Source: Bacillota bacterium
Lineage (GTDB): Bacteria > Bacillota > Sulfobacillia > JAJZYS01 > JAJYTV01
Direction of reading: 5' to 3'
Length of the DNA stretch: 64,000 nt
Assembly (NCBI GenBank): GCA_021793215.1
Contig: JAJYTE010000001.1
Coordinates: forward strand, 18,329-82,328
Shown: piece by piece, positions 1 to 9,568 of the stretch
Layout of the letters: each line of letters opens with the position of its first letter
Position numbering within the stretch: the first letter of the stretch is position 1
Position numbers and translations under genes: made by a program
The notes under the pieces: model-generated
What the model saw: only the letters and a program-made list of their open reading frames with translations
The model's database searches: none
Told to the model about the DNA's origin: nothing

Positions 1-1047
1 GCCGAAGACTCGGCCGCGGGCAGCCTCCGGCACGAGCCGCTGCAGCATCGTAAGGAGGAGCGCGTTTCCGACGCCGTTCCCGAACCCCGCGACGAGCAGC
101 AGTCCGCCGGAGAGCCAGCTGGAGGCCGACGCGGCGAAGATGAGCGTGGCGAGCCCCTGTAGGCCAAACGCGATTGCGCTCGTCTGCCGCAGAGAGAGTT
201 TGCCGAGCGCACCAACGCTGAGGCCGCCGCCCACGAGCCCGACCGCCCAAGCTGCATCGATCAGCCCGTACGCAGCGGACCCCGCCTGAAGTGTGTGGTG
301 GATCCAGTAGGGCAGCATTGTGAACGCGACCATGAACGCGAAGTTGCCGACCACGATGAGCGGCAGAAGCGTCATGACGATGGGCAGGCGCCGCAGGACG
401 GCCATCCCCTCGCGCAGGCTGTCCGCGAAGCCCTGCGGCTGCGCGCCAGTGGACGCGGGCGCACCCGCGCGGCGGCGGGGGGCGAGCGTTCGCAGCATCA
501 GCGCGATGGCGAGCGCCGAGAGCCAGAAGGAGCCCATGTCGACGCCGAAGACGAGCGCGACGCCGACGGCGGAGATGGCGGCGCCCCCGATCGCGGAGCC
601 GACTGCACTCGAGATCTGCGACGTGAGGCTGTAGACCCCGTTCGCGGCGGAGAGGTCCTCGGTGCGGACGAGCAGTGGGATCAGCGTCGACTCCGCCGGA
701 GCGAAGAGAGCCGACCCAAGGCTGTTCACCGCGAGCAGCGCGATCACGGCCGGGATGAGTCCGCCTGGCAGTGCGAGCGCCGCGAGGCCGGCGAGCACCG
801 CAACTCCGCGCGCGATGTCGGTGTAGAGCATCAGTCGCCCTGGCCCGTGGCGGTCGACGAGGACGCCGCCCGCCAGCGCCAGCACCTGCGGGAGCATCAT
901 GGCGAGCCCCGCGCCGGCCAGCAGCTGCGGAGACCTCAGCTGGATCTCCCAAAGGCCCATGACCAGGAAGACGGCGTTCCCGAACTGCGAGAGGAGCTGA
1001 CCGGTCCAAACCGCGCGAAAGCCCGGGTACCGGCGAAGCGTGCCCAT
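1..1047 (-). CDS. MFS transporter (DHA3/macrolide-efflux-like), truncated by the window edge
   Basis: Reverse strand reads MGTLRRYPGFRAVWTGQLLSQFGNAVFLVMGLW..., followed by hydrophobic helices. SD CAGGAGG precedes ATG 1047. Absent from the ORF track because it runs off the edge. Confidence 0.8.
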   Translation of the reverse strand, partial: MGTLRRYPGFRAVWTGQLLSQFGNAVFLVMGLWEIQLRSPQLLAGAGLAMMLPQVLALAGGVLVDRHGPGRLMLYTDIARGVAVLAGLAALALPGGLIPAVIALLAVNSLGSALFAPAESTLIPLLVRTEDLSAANGVYSLTSQISSAVGSAIGGAAISAVGVALVFGVDMGSFWLSALAIALMLRTLAPRRRAGAPASTGAQPQGFADSLREGMAVLRRLPIVMTLLPLIVVGNFAFMVAFTMLPYWIHHTLQAGSAAYGLIDAAWAVGLVGGGLSVGALGKLSLRQTSAIAFGLQGLATLIFAASASSWLSGGLLLVAGFGNGVGNALLLTMLQRLVPEAARGRVFG

Positions 1048-1244
1048 GCGATCCCTCCTGCGGCCGCCTTGGGTACGTCCCCTGGCCTCGTCGAGCGTAC
1101 GTCGCGCGGTGCGGGGGGACATGGTTCTCAGGGCCAGGAGGGCCATTGGACCAGCGGACGATTCGTCGGGTCTGCGGCCCCGGGGGACTTTCCCTGACGG
1201 GGAAGGACGCGGCGCATGCGTCGTGCATATCACTATTCACAGAT

Positions 1245-1264
1245 GAGTTAGTCATAACTAACTC
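1245..1264. promoter_or_regulatory. DtxR/MntR-family operator (copy 1)
   Basis: Perfect inverted repeat GAGTTAGT-CATA-ACTAACTC (TTAG-N6-CTAA core) upstream of the first Mn module. A near-identical site precedes mntR. Confidence 0.75.
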
Positions 1265-1284
1265 TCACGGAAGGAAGGACGAAG

Positions 1285-1416
1285 ATGGTCGGCTGTTCGG
1301 CCGAGAGCCTGCGTTTCCAACGCGGGGCCCGCCTCGCAGACATCCACCGCAACCAAGCTGTCGGCCAGCGCGTCCTTGCGCGCCAAGCGTTCTCGGTGGT
1401 GATCCGCGATGCGTGA
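1285..1416 (+). pseudogene. Internally deleted mntR relic (43-aa in-frame mini-ORF)
   Basis: MVGCSAESLRFQRGARLADIHRNQAVGQRVLARQAFSVVIRDA*. LADIHRNQAVGQ matches the MntR N-terminus (LADIYRIQAVGQ); VGQRVLARQAFSVVIRDA matches its C-terminus (VGQRIARSLFVDRVVDDA). Same ATGCGTGA overlap with the downstream mntH. Confidence 0.75.
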
Positions 1417-2710
1417 CGCGGCGGCCCTTGCCCGTCCGCGCGGCCCGCAAGCCGCCGCGCGCGCCGCGCTCGACGGGCGGACGCGCGGACTGCGCGCGAT
1501 CCTCCCGTTCATCGGACCGGCGTTCATCGCGTCAGTGGCATACGTGGACCCCGGCAACTACGCGACCAACATTCAAAGCGGTGCCGAGTTCGGCTACAAC
1601 CTCCTCTGGGTCGTGGTGCTCGCGAACCTGATGGCGATGCTCTTCCAGAACCTCTCCGCGAAGCTCGGCATCGCGACCGGCCGCAATCTCCCTGAGATGT
1701 GCCGTACGGAGTTCTCGCGGCCCGTCGCGATCTCCATGTGGGCCGTCAGCGAGATGGCGGCGATGGCCACGGACCTCGCGGAGTTCCTCGGCGCGACGCT
1801 CGCGCTGAACCTCCTCCTGGGGATTCCACTCCTGCTCGCGACGCTCTTGACCGGAGCGATCACCTACGCCGTGCTGCTGCTCGACCGCTACGGCAGCCGT
1901 ATGCTCGAACTGGTGATCGGTGGACTCGTCGCTGTGATCGCGCTCTCCTACTTCGTCGAGACGGGACTCTCCCACCCCAACTGGGGCCTCGTCGCCTACC
2001 ACGCCGTCGTGCCTTGGCTGCATGGGCCGCGAAGTGTAATGCTTTCGGTCGGCATCATCGGCGCGACGATCATGCCGCATGCGGTGTACCTGCACTCGGG
2101 TCTCACCCAGGACCGCGTCGTGGGGAGGAACCCGTCGGAACGAAAGCGCATCTACCGCTTCCAGCTCGTCGATGTAGTGGTTGCGATGACGATCGCGGGC
2201 CTGATCAACATGGCGATGCTCTACATGTCGGCTTCCGTGTTCCACGTGGGACACTCCGGCATTGCGAGCATCCCCACCGCCTATCAAACCCTGATCCCGC
2301 TGCTGGGCGGGGCCTCCGCCTTCGTCTTCCTGGTCTCCCTGCTCGCCTCCGGCCTCTCGAGCTCGGCTGTTGGCACGATGGCGGGGCAGGTGATCATGCA
2401 GGGCTTCGTCGGCTTCAAGATCCCGGTCTGGGTCCGACGGGTCGTGACGATGGTGCCTACGGTGGTGATCGTCGCGCTGGGAGTCGATCCTACGCAGACA
2501 CTGATCATGAGCCAGGTGATCCTCAGCCTCGCGCTGCCGCTGCCGATGGTCGCGCTCGTCAAGTTCACCGCCCGCAAGGACATCATGGGAAACCTCGCGA
2601 ACTCGCGGCTCGTTTCCGCCGCGGCCGTCGCGTGCAGCGGGATCGTGCTGCTGCTGAACCTCGTGCTGATCTGTCAGACGTTCGGAGTGCCGCTTCCGCT
2701 GATCGGCTGA
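1409..2710 (+). CDS. mntH: NRAMP Mn2+/Fe2+ transporter MntH (copy 1)
   Basis: YVDPGNYATN and GATIMPHAVYLHS motifs, SSSAVGTMAGQVIMQGF, about 11 TM helices. Confidence 0.95.
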   Translation: MRDAAALARPRGPQAAARAALDGRTRGLRAILPFIGPAFIASVAYVDPGNYATNIQSGAEFGYNLLWVVVLANLMAMLFQNLSAKLGIATGRNLPEMCRTEFSRPVAISMWAVSEMAAMATDLAEFLGATLALNLLLGIPLLLATLLTGAITYAVLLLDRYGSRMLELVIGGLVAVIALSYFVETGLSHPNWGLVAYHAVVPWLHGPRSVMLSVGIIGATIMPHAVYLHSGLTQDRVVGRNPSERKRIYRFQLVDVVVAMTIAGLINMAMLYMSASVFHVGHSGIASIPTAYQTLIPLLGGASAFVFLVSLLASGLSSSAVGTMAGQVIMQGFVGFKIPVWVRRVVTMVPTVVIVALGVDPTQTLIMSQVILSLALPLPMVALVKFTARKDIMGNLANSRLVSAAAVACSGIVLLLNLVLICQTFGVPLPLIG

Positions 2711-2810
2711 TCCCCATGCCAGGCGCCGGGCGGCTCCTTCGGGAGTGTCCGGGGCCTGCCTGCGCAGAGCAGCGGGCGAGGCTTGTCACCGGAATCGTCC
2801 ACCCGGAGAG

Positions 2811-2870
2811 TTGACGCGGCGAAAACGTTGCCCTTATCATTACTAGCAGATGAGTTAGACAAGACTAATT
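2811..2870 (+). promoter_or_regulatory. SigA-like promoter plus MntR operator (copy 2)
   Basis: TTGACG (2811)-18 nt-TATCAT (2835), then GAGTTAGACAAGACTAATT (2852-2870; TTAG-N6-CTAA). CAGATGAGTTAG is shared with the first operator region. Confidence 0.7.
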
Positions 2871-2888
2871 GCGCGAGGAGGGACGGCT

Positions 2889-3581
2889 TTGGTCGAGAGC
2901 CCGGAGAGGAACGCACCGCTCAGCGCGTCGCGCGAGGACTACCTCGCCGACATCTACCGCATTCAGGCGGTCGGACAGAGCGTGAACACGGGGGAAGTCG
3001 CCCAGCGCCTCGGCGTCTCGGCCGCATCCACCTCCGCGATGTTCAAGCGCCTCGCCCAGGAGGGCCTGGTGCACTACGAGTCCTACAACGGCGTCTGGCT
3101 GACGAAGAACGGGGAGCGCGCCGCGTCGCACATCGTCCGCCGCCACCGCGTGATCGAGCGCTTCCTCACGGACATGCTCGGCATCGGCTGGGAGCGCGTC
3201 GACGAGTTCGCGAACCGCATGGAGCACGCCTTCCCGGACGAGGTCGTGGAGGCGATCGAGCGCCTGCTGGGCGACCCCGACACCTGCCCGCACGGCTACC
3301 CGATCCCCGGTCTCGACGGCGAGACCGCGGCGCTCGCGGGCCTGCCGGCGGAGACGCTCGCGGCCGGCGACCACGCGGTGATCCGCCGCGTCGACGAGAC
3401 GGATCCGGAGCTTCTCCTGCACCTGCGCGAGCGCGGCCTGATGCCGGGCAAGGCGATCGCGGTGGTTGCAGTCAACCAGGTCGACGGCACCAGGACGCTG
3501 CGCACCGGGGATGGCACGCTGGTCGTCGGCCAGCGCATCGCCCGCTCCCTGTTCGTCGACCGAGTGGTCGACGATGCGTGA
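2889..3581 (+). CDS. mntR: DtxR/MntR-family metal-dependent repressor with C-terminal FeoA domain
   Basis: EDYL..IY, HTH, RRHRVIERFL, MEH, DPDTCPHGYPIP, FeoA-like tail. TTG start with SD. Confidence 0.92.
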   Translation: MVESPERNAPLSASREDYLADIYRIQAVGQSVNTGEVAQRLGVSAASTSAMFKRLAQEGLVHYESYNGVWLTKNGERAASHIVRRHRVIERFLTDMLGIGWERVDEFANRMEHAFPDEVVEAIERLLGDPDTCPHGYPIPGLDGETAALAGLPAETLAAGDHAVIRRVDETDPELLLHLRERGLMPGKAIAVVAVNQVDGTRTLRTGDGTLVVGQRIARSLFVDRVVDDA

Positions 3582-4881
3582 CGAGTCGAAAGCGCCAGGA
3601 TCGTCCCAAGGGAACATGCGGTCAGCCGCGAGGGATGCGCTAGAAGGCCGCCGGCGCGGCCTGCGGGCGCTGCTGCCCTTCATCGGGCCCGCCTTCATCG
3701 CATCCGTCGCGTACATCGACCCGGGCAACTACGCCACGAACATCCAGAGCGGCGCGGAGTTCGGCTACAGACTGCTCTGGGTCGTCCTGCTCGCGAACCT
3801 GATGGCCATGCTGTTCCAGAGCCTCTCCGCGAAGCTCGGCATCGCGACGGGCCGCAACCTGCCCGAACTCTGCCGCACGGAGTTCTCAAGGCCCGCCGCG
3901 CTCTCCATGTGGGTCGTGAGCGAGATCGCGGCGATGGCCACGGACCTCGCGGAGTTCCTCGGCGCCACGCTGGCGCTGAACCTTCTGTTCGGCGTCCCGC
4001 TCCTGATCGGAGCGATCGTCACCGGCGTGATCACCTACGCCCTCCTGGCGCTCGACCGCTACGGCGGACGCATCCTCGAGGTCGTGATCGGGGCGCTGGT
4101 CGGCGTGATCGCCGTGAGCTACCTCGTCGAGACGACGCTGTCGCACCCGAACTGGGGCCTCGTCGCCTACCACACGGTCGTACCGTGGCTGCACGGTCCG
4201 GAAAGCGTCCTGCTGACGGTCGGCATCATCGGCGCGACGATCATGCCGCACGCCGTGTACCTGCACTCCGGCCTGACGCAGGATCGCATCGTCGGTCGCG
4301 ACGCCGGGGAGCGCAAGCGCATCTTCCGGTTCGAACTGGTGGACGTCGTGATCGCGATGACGGTCGCAGGCCTCATTAACATGGCGATGCTCTACATGGC
4401 CGCGTCGGTCTTCCACATCGGCCACTCCGGCGTCGCGGACATCACCACCGCCTACCGCACGCTGATCCCGCTGCTGGGCGGCGCTGCCGCGTTCGTCTTC
4501 CTCGTCTCCCTGCTCGCGTCGGGGCTATCGAGTTCCGCCGTCGGCACGATGGCGGGGCAGGTCATCATGCAGGGGTTCGTCGGCTTCAGCATCCCGGTCT
4601 GGGTTCGCCGGGTCGCCACGATGCTGCCGACGATCATCGTGGTGGCGATCGGCGTGGACCCGACCCGCACGCTGGTGATCAGCCAGGTGGTGCTGAGCCT
4701 TGCGCTGCCGCTGCCGCTGATCGCCCTCGTACGGCTGACGGCGCGCCGGGACCTCATGGGGACCCTCGTGAACTCGAGGCTCGTCTCGACGCTCGCCGTC
4801 GTGTGCACGGCCATCGTGCTGCTGCTGAACGTCGTGCTGCTGGCGCAGACGGCCGGCCTGCGAATCCCGCTGGTCGGCTAA
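3574..4881 (+). CDS. mntH: NRAMP Mn2+/Fe2+ transporter MntH (copy 2)
   Basis: YIDPGNYATN and IMPHAVYLHS motifs. Close paralog of 1409-2710. ATG overlaps the mntR stop. Confidence 0.95.
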   Translation: MRDESKAPGSSQGNMRSAARDALEGRRRGLRALLPFIGPAFIASVAYIDPGNYATNIQSGAEFGYRLLWVVLLANLMAMLFQSLSAKLGIATGRNLPELCRTEFSRPAALSMWVVSEIAAMATDLAEFLGATLALNLLFGVPLLIGAIVTGVITYALLALDRYGGRILEVVIGALVGVIAVSYLVETTLSHPNWGLVAYHTVVPWLHGPESVLLTVGIIGATIMPHAVYLHSGLTQDRIVGRDAGERKRIFRFELVDVVIAMTVAGLINMAMLYMAASVFHIGHSGVADITTAYRTLIPLLGGAAAFVFLVSLLASGLSSSAVGTMAGQVIMQGFVGFSIPVWVRRVATMLPTIIVVAIGVDPTRTLVISQVVLSLALPLPLIALVRLTARRDLMGTLVNSRLVSTLAVVCTAIVLLLNVVLLAQTAGLRIPLVG

Positions 4882-4951
4882 GCAGCCTCCGACATTTCGG
4901 GGCGGCGCGGCAGGATTCCGGCGGGGCCGGCGTCGAAGTGATTAAGTCATA

Positions 4952-4967
4952 GACCGACCGGTCGGTC
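4952..4967. promoter_or_regulatory. Palindromic operator (TetR-type) for the acyl-CoA operon
   Basis: Perfect 16-bp palindrome GACCGACCGGTCGGTC 30 nt upstream of the first operon gene. Confidence 0.65.
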
Positions 4968-4996
4968 GGACAGGACCAAGACAAGGGGGCCGTCGC

Positions 4997-6172
4997 ATGG
5001 ATTTCCGCCTGAGCCCGGAGCAGAAGATGATCCTCGAGACCGTGCGCTCGTTCGTGCAGTCGGAGTTGATGCCGCTCGAAGCCGAGATGCAGGAGGCCGA
5101 ACTGGCCGGTCATGGCAACGAGTACCCGGACCTCGAGACCGTGGACCGTCTTCAGGCGAAGGCGCGGGAGTTCGGCCTTTGGGGCATCACGACGCCGGAG
5201 GAGTACGGCGGCACCGATCTCGGCACGCAGATGGCCGCGCTGATCAGCATGGAGCTCGCGCACTGCCTCGTGCCGTTCCAGCTCGGCGGCTACGCTGACA
5301 ACATCCTGTTCCACGCGAACGAGGAGCAGAAGAAGGAGTACCTGCTCCCGACGATCGAGGGGCAGCGCCGCTCCTGCTTCGCGATCACGGAGCCCACCGC
5401 GGGTTCCGACGCCACGAACATCCGCATGTCCGCCGTGCAGGAGCCGGGCGGCGACTGGATCCTGAACGGCGAGAAGATCTTCATCACGCGCGGCAACGAG
5501 GCGGACTTCGCGATCGTCTTCGCGGTCACGGACAAGGAGAAGGGCGCGCGCGGCGGGATCACCGGGTTCCTCGTCGACCGGTCGATGGGCTGGACCTCCC
5601 GCTACATCCCGACGATGGGATCGTGGGGACCTGCGCGCCTCAGCTTCCAGAACGTGCGCGTGCCCGCGCGCAACGTGCTCGGCGAGGTGGGGCAGGGCTT
5701 CCCTCTCGCAATGCAGTGGATCGGCAACGGGCGCGTCCTCATCCCGGCGCGGGCCGTAGGCCAGGCGGAGCGACTCCTGCAGATCGGCCTCGACTACGCG
5801 GAGCAGCGCGTCGCCTTCGGCCACCCGATCGCCGACTACCAGGCGATCCAATGGATGCTCGCCGACTCCGCGATCGAGATCAACGCGACGCGCCTTCTGG
5901 TGATGCACGCGGCCTGGAAGCAGGACGAGGGGCTCGACAACCGGCACGAGGCCTCGATCGCGAAGTACGCCGGGGCGCAGACGGCGAACCGCGTCGCGGA
6001 CCGCGTCGTGCAGATCCACGGCGGCATGGGCTACACGAAGGAGCTGCCGATCGAGCGGCTCTACCGCGACGTGCGCCTCTACCGCATCTACGAGGGTACC
6101 GACGAGATCCAGAAGCGCTCGATCGCGCGCAACCTCTTGCGCGGCAGCGTGCGGATCGGGGAGTGGGACTGA
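4997..6172 (+). CDS. Acyl-CoA dehydrogenase
   Basis: FAITEPTAGSD, WILNGEKIFIT, QIHGGMGY, RIYEGTDEIQ. Confidence 0.95.
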   Translation: MDFRLSPEQKMILETVRSFVQSELMPLEAEMQEAELAGHGNEYPDLETVDRLQAKAREFGLWGITTPEEYGGTDLGTQMAALISMELAHCLVPFQLGGYADNILFHANEEQKKEYLLPTIEGQRRSCFAITEPTAGSDATNIRMSAVQEPGGDWILNGEKIFITRGNEADFAIVFAVTDKEKGARGGITGFLVDRSMGWTSRYIPTMGSWGPARLSFQNVRVPARNVLGEVGQGFPLAMQWIGNGRVLIPARAVGQAERLLQIGLDYAEQRVAFGHPIADYQAIQWMLADSAIEINATRLLVMHAAWKQDEGLDNRHEASIAKYAGAQTANRVADRVVQIHGGMGYTKELPIERLYRDVRLYRIYEGTDEIQKRSIARNLLRGSVRIGEWD

Positions 6173-6173
6173 G

Positions 6174-6569
6174 ATGCATGGGGACCCTTCCGTGATCGGG
6201 CGGGAGTCGCCGCCGACGGTCTTCGAGGTAGAGCGCGGCGCGATCGGCAAGTTCGCCGCCGCGATCGGCGACGAGACCCCGGAGTACCTTGCGGGCGAGA
6301 TCGCGCCGCCCACCTTCCCCACGACCTTCCGCGCCCCGCTCCCGGAGCTCGCCCTCGACCTGAGCCGGGTGTTGCACGGCGAGGAGGAGTACACGTACGA
6401 GCGTCCGATCCGCCAGGGCGACGTGCTCTCCGTGACGCGCCGCATCGAGGACTGCTACACGCGGCAGGGGAGCCTCGGCGAGATGACGTTCTACGTCGTC
6501 TCCGCGGAGGGGCGGGATCCTCAGGGCGCGCTCGTCTACCGCAGCCGGACGACGATCATCTACCGCTAG
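6174..6569 (+). CDS. MaoC-like dehydratase N-terminal (non-catalytic hotdog) subunit
   Basis: VERGAIGKFAAAIGD, APPTF, LHGEEEYTYERPI (HadA-like). Confidence 0.85.
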   Translation: MHGDPSVIGRESPPTVFEVERGAIGKFAAAIGDETPEYLAGEIAPPTFPTTFRAPLPELALDLSRVLHGEEEYTYERPIRQGDVLSVTRRIEDCYTRQGSLGEMTFYVVSAEGRDPQGALVYRSRTTIIYR

Positions 6570-6580
6570 GGGGCGAAGGG

Positions 6581-6982
6581 GTGGACGCGAGGGAATTCCG
6601 AGAGGGCGAGGAGCTCCGGGTGCTCGTCAAGGAACCGATCACGAAGGTGCAGCTCCTGCGCTACGCCGGCGCCTCGGGCGACGACAACCTGATCCATGTG
6701 GACTCCGACACGGCGCGCGCCGTGGGACTCGACGGGGTGATCGCCCATGGAATGCTGTCCATGGGCTTCCTCGGCCAGTACGTCGCCTCCCTTGCGGGGC
6801 CGGCGGCCGTACGGCGCCTTCGGGTACGCTTCTCGGGCATGGTGCGCCCGGGAGACGTGCTGACCTGCCGCGGCGTCGTCAAGGAGACGCGCGATGGGAT
6901 CGCCCACCTCGAGGTGTGGGCGGAGAACCAGCGCGGCGAGCGCGTGACGCACGGGGACGCAGAGCTCCTCGCCAGGGCCTGA
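6581..6982 (+). CDS. MaoC-family (R)-enoyl-CoA hydratase/dehydratase
   Basis: Hydratase-2 motif YAGASGDDNLIHVD...IAHGM. Confidence 0.9.
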   Translation: MDAREFREGEELRVLVKEPITKVQLLRYAGASGDDNLIHVDSDTARAVGLDGVIAHGMLSMGFLGQYVASLAGPAAVRRLRVRFSGMVRPGDVLTCRGVVKETRDGIAHLEVWAENQRGERVTHGDAELLARA

Positions 6983-7006
6983 ACGATGGGAAGGGGTGCG
7001 ATCAAG

Positions 7007-7765
7007 ATGCAGCTGCAAGATCGGGTTGCGCTGGTCACCGGCGGCGGGCGTGGCATCGGGGCGAGCACCGCGGCGATCCTCGCCGCGCACGGCGCGGCCG
7101 TCGCCGTGACGGACCTTGACCTCGAGCCGGCGGAGGAGACGGCCGAGGCGATCCGCTCCGCAGGGGGGCGCGCGATCGCGCTCGCCTGCGACGTCGCGAA
7201 CAAGGACAGCGTGGACGCGGTGTTCGAGCGAACGGCGAAGGAGTTCTCCCGCATCGACATCCTCTACGCGAGCGCCGGGATCACGCGCGACAACCTCGTG
7301 CACAAGCTGTCGGAGGAGGACTGGGACGCCGTCATCGCGACCCACCTCAAGGGCTCGTTCCTCTCGGTGCAGGCGGCGCAGCGCCACATGGTGGCCCAGC
7401 GCTACGGCAAGATCGTACTCACGTCGTCGACCTCCGCGCTGGGCAACCGCGGCCAAGCGAACTACGCGACCGTGAAGGCCGGGATCCAGGGGCTGACGAA
7501 GACGCTCGCGATCGAGCTCGGACCGTTCGGCATCAACGTGAACGCCGTCGCTCCGGGGTTCATCGAGACGCGCATGACGCGCGCGACCGCCGAGCGCATG
7601 GGCGTCGACTTCGAGCAGATGAAGGCCGCCGCCGCGCAGGGGATCCCCCTGCGGCGCGTCGGGCAGCCCCAGGACGTCGGGCACGTCGTCGCGTTCCTCT
7701 GCAGCGACGAGGCGAGCTTCGTCTCGGGACAGGTGATCTACGTCGCCGGTGGACCGAAGGCTTGA
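7007..7765 (+). CDS. fabG: SDR, FabG-like 3-oxoacyl reductase
   Basis: TGGGRGIG, AGITRD, GQANYATVK, NAVAPGFI. Confidence 0.85.
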   Translation: MQLQDRVALVTGGGRGIGASTAAILAAHGAAVAVTDLDLEPAEETAEAIRSAGGRAIALACDVANKDSVDAVFERTAKEFSRIDILYASAGITRDNLVHKLSEEDWDAVIATHLKGSFLSVQAAQRHMVAQRYGKIVLTSSTSALGNRGQANYATVKAGIQGLTKTLAIELGPFGINVNAVAPGFIETRMTRATAERMGVDFEQMKAAAAQGIPLRRVGQPQDVGHVVAFLCSDEASFVSGQVIYVAGGPKA

Positions 7766-7778
7766 AGGGAGGAGCGAA

Positions 7779-8567
7779 GTGCACGTCGTCGTCCTGCTGA
7801 AGCAAGTGCTGGACCCGGAGATCCCCCAGAAGGCGTTCGATGTCGATCCCGTGCGCAAGGTGCCCAAGGTGGAGCGGGCGCCGCAGGTCCTGAGCATCTT
7901 CGACGGCAATGCGCTCGAGCTGGCGCTGCGGCTTAGGGAGGCGCGCGGGGACGCCACGATCACGGCGCTGACGCTCGGCGTGGAGCGCGCCGATGAGGTG
8001 CTCCGCAAGGCGCTCGCGCTGACCTGCGATGCGGCCGTGCGCGTGGGCGCGGATCCCGAGGCGCTCGACTCGCGCCAGAAGGCGCGCCTCTTGGCCGCGG
8101 CGATCCGTACGCTCGAACCGCCGGATCTCGTTCTGGCAGGTCGTCAGGCCGCGGACTGGGAGGCGGGGCAGGTCGGTGCGATGGTCGCCGAGGAGCTCTC
8201 GCTCCCGTGCGTCCCGTTCGTCTCACGCGTCGAGGCCGCCGAGGATCCCCTGACCGTGCGCCAGCAGCTCGAGAGCGGCTACGCCGTGGTGCGCCTCGGG
8301 GGACCTTCGGTCTGCACGGTGACGAACGACGAGACGAACGTGCTGCGCGCCGCGAAGGTGAAGGACGTGATGGCGGCGGGCCGCAAGCCGCTGCGGGTGA
8401 TCGCGCCGGAGGAGATCGGCGGCATCTCCGGGCTTGGCCCGGCCGTCGAGCTTCTGGCGCTGGAGCTGCCGGCGAAGCGCACGGGCGCGGAGATGGTCGA
8501 TGCCGGGTCGGCCGAGGAAAGTGCGCGCGCCCTGGCGCGGCGGCTGCGCGAACTCGGCGCGATCTGA
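7779..8567 (+). CDS. etfB: Electron transfer flavoprotein beta subunit
   Basis: LLKQVLD, NALELALRL, LAGRQAAD...GQVG. Confidence 0.9.
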   Translation: MHVVVLLKQVLDPEIPQKAFDVDPVRKVPKVERAPQVLSIFDGNALELALRLREARGDATITALTLGVERADEVLRKALALTCDAAVRVGADPEALDSRQKARLLAAAIRTLEPPDLVLAGRQAADWEAGQVGAMVAEELSLPCVPFVSRVEAAEDPLTVRQQLESGYAVVRLGGPSVCTVTNDETNVLRAAKVKDVMAAGRKPLRVIAPEEIGGISGLGPAVELLALELPAKRTGAEMVDAGSAEESARALARRLRELGAI

Positions 8568-8578
8568 GAGGGGAGGCG

Positions 8579-9568
8579 ATGGCGATGGCGAGGGTTCTCG
8601 CGGTACTCGGACTGCAGGGCCAAGGGGCGTCGGCGAGCGGACTCGAGCTCCTCGGACTCGGTGCCCGGCTCGCGCGGGCGACTTCGGGCACAATCACCGC
8701 CCTCGCCTTGGGCGAGGGCGCGGGGGCTCAGGGCGAGCGACTGCTCGCGCATGGCGCAGACGACGTCCTCTGGTGCGCGGATGAGGCGCTCGCGCGCTGG
8801 CCCGGCGAGGCGGGGCTCAGGGCGCTCGAGCGCGCGCAGCAGGAGGTACGGCCGGATCTTCTCCTTTTCTCCGCCGACAGCCTGGGGAGGGACCTTGCGC
8901 CGCGCATCGCGGCCAGACTGGACGCCGGGCTCATCACGGAGGCGACGGAGCTCGAGTTCTCGGAGGGGCGCTTCGTTGCGGCCCGGCCGGTCTTCGGCGG
9001 CAAGGCGATCGCCCGGATGGCCGCGACGACCGAGCTGACGGTCGTCACCGTGCGCGCGGGAGCAGGCAGCGCGCTGGAGCCGGATGCCAGCCGGGCGGCA
9101 GGCGGCTCGGTGCGCGAGCTCGACGCCGCGATCGCTCCGGGGGCCGCATGGCCTACGGTGCTGCGCCGCGAGATCGAGGCGTCGGACGGGCCTCGCCTTG
9201 AGGAGGCGAAGACCGTCGTCTCCGGAGGGCGCGGCGTCGGCGGTCCCGAGGGGTTCCAAACGCTCCAGGAGCTCGCCGACGCGCTCAAAGGCGCGGTCGG
9301 CGCGTCGCGGGCGGCTGTCGACGAGGGCTGGGTGCCGGCCGCCTGGCAGGTTGGACAGACGGGCAAGGCCGTCGCGCCGGATCTCTACATCGCCGTCGGC
9401 ATCTCCGGCGCGAGCCAGCACATGGTCGGCTGCTCGCGGGCGAAGACGCTCGTGGCGATCAACACGGATCCCGATGCCCTGATCTTCGAGACGGCGCGGA
9501 TCGGCGTCGTCGGTGACTACCGCGAGCTCGTCCCAGCGCTCGCGCGCGCCCTTCGGGAGCTCGCGTGA
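8579..9568 (+). CDS. etfA: Electron transfer flavoprotein alpha subunit
   Basis: [33 protein letters not shown]. Confidence 0.93.
   Translation: MAMARVLAVLGLQGQGASASGLELLGLGARLARATSGTITALALGEGAGAQGERLLAHGADDVLWCADEALARWPGEAGLRALERAQQEVRPDLLLFSADSLGRDLAPRIAARLDAGLITEATELEFSEGRFVAARPVFGGKAIARMAATTELTVVTVRAGAGSALEPDASRAAGGSVRELDAAIAPGAAWPTVLRREIEASDGPRLEEAKTVVSGGRGVGGPEGFQTLQELADALKGAVGASRAAVDEGWVPAAWQVGQTGKAVAPDLYIAVGISGASQHMVGCSRAKTLVAINTDPDALIFETARIGVVGDYRELVPALARALRELA

Noticed and set aside
295-1197. 300-aa plus-strand ORF
   Set aside because: Antisense shadow of the minus-strand MFS gene.
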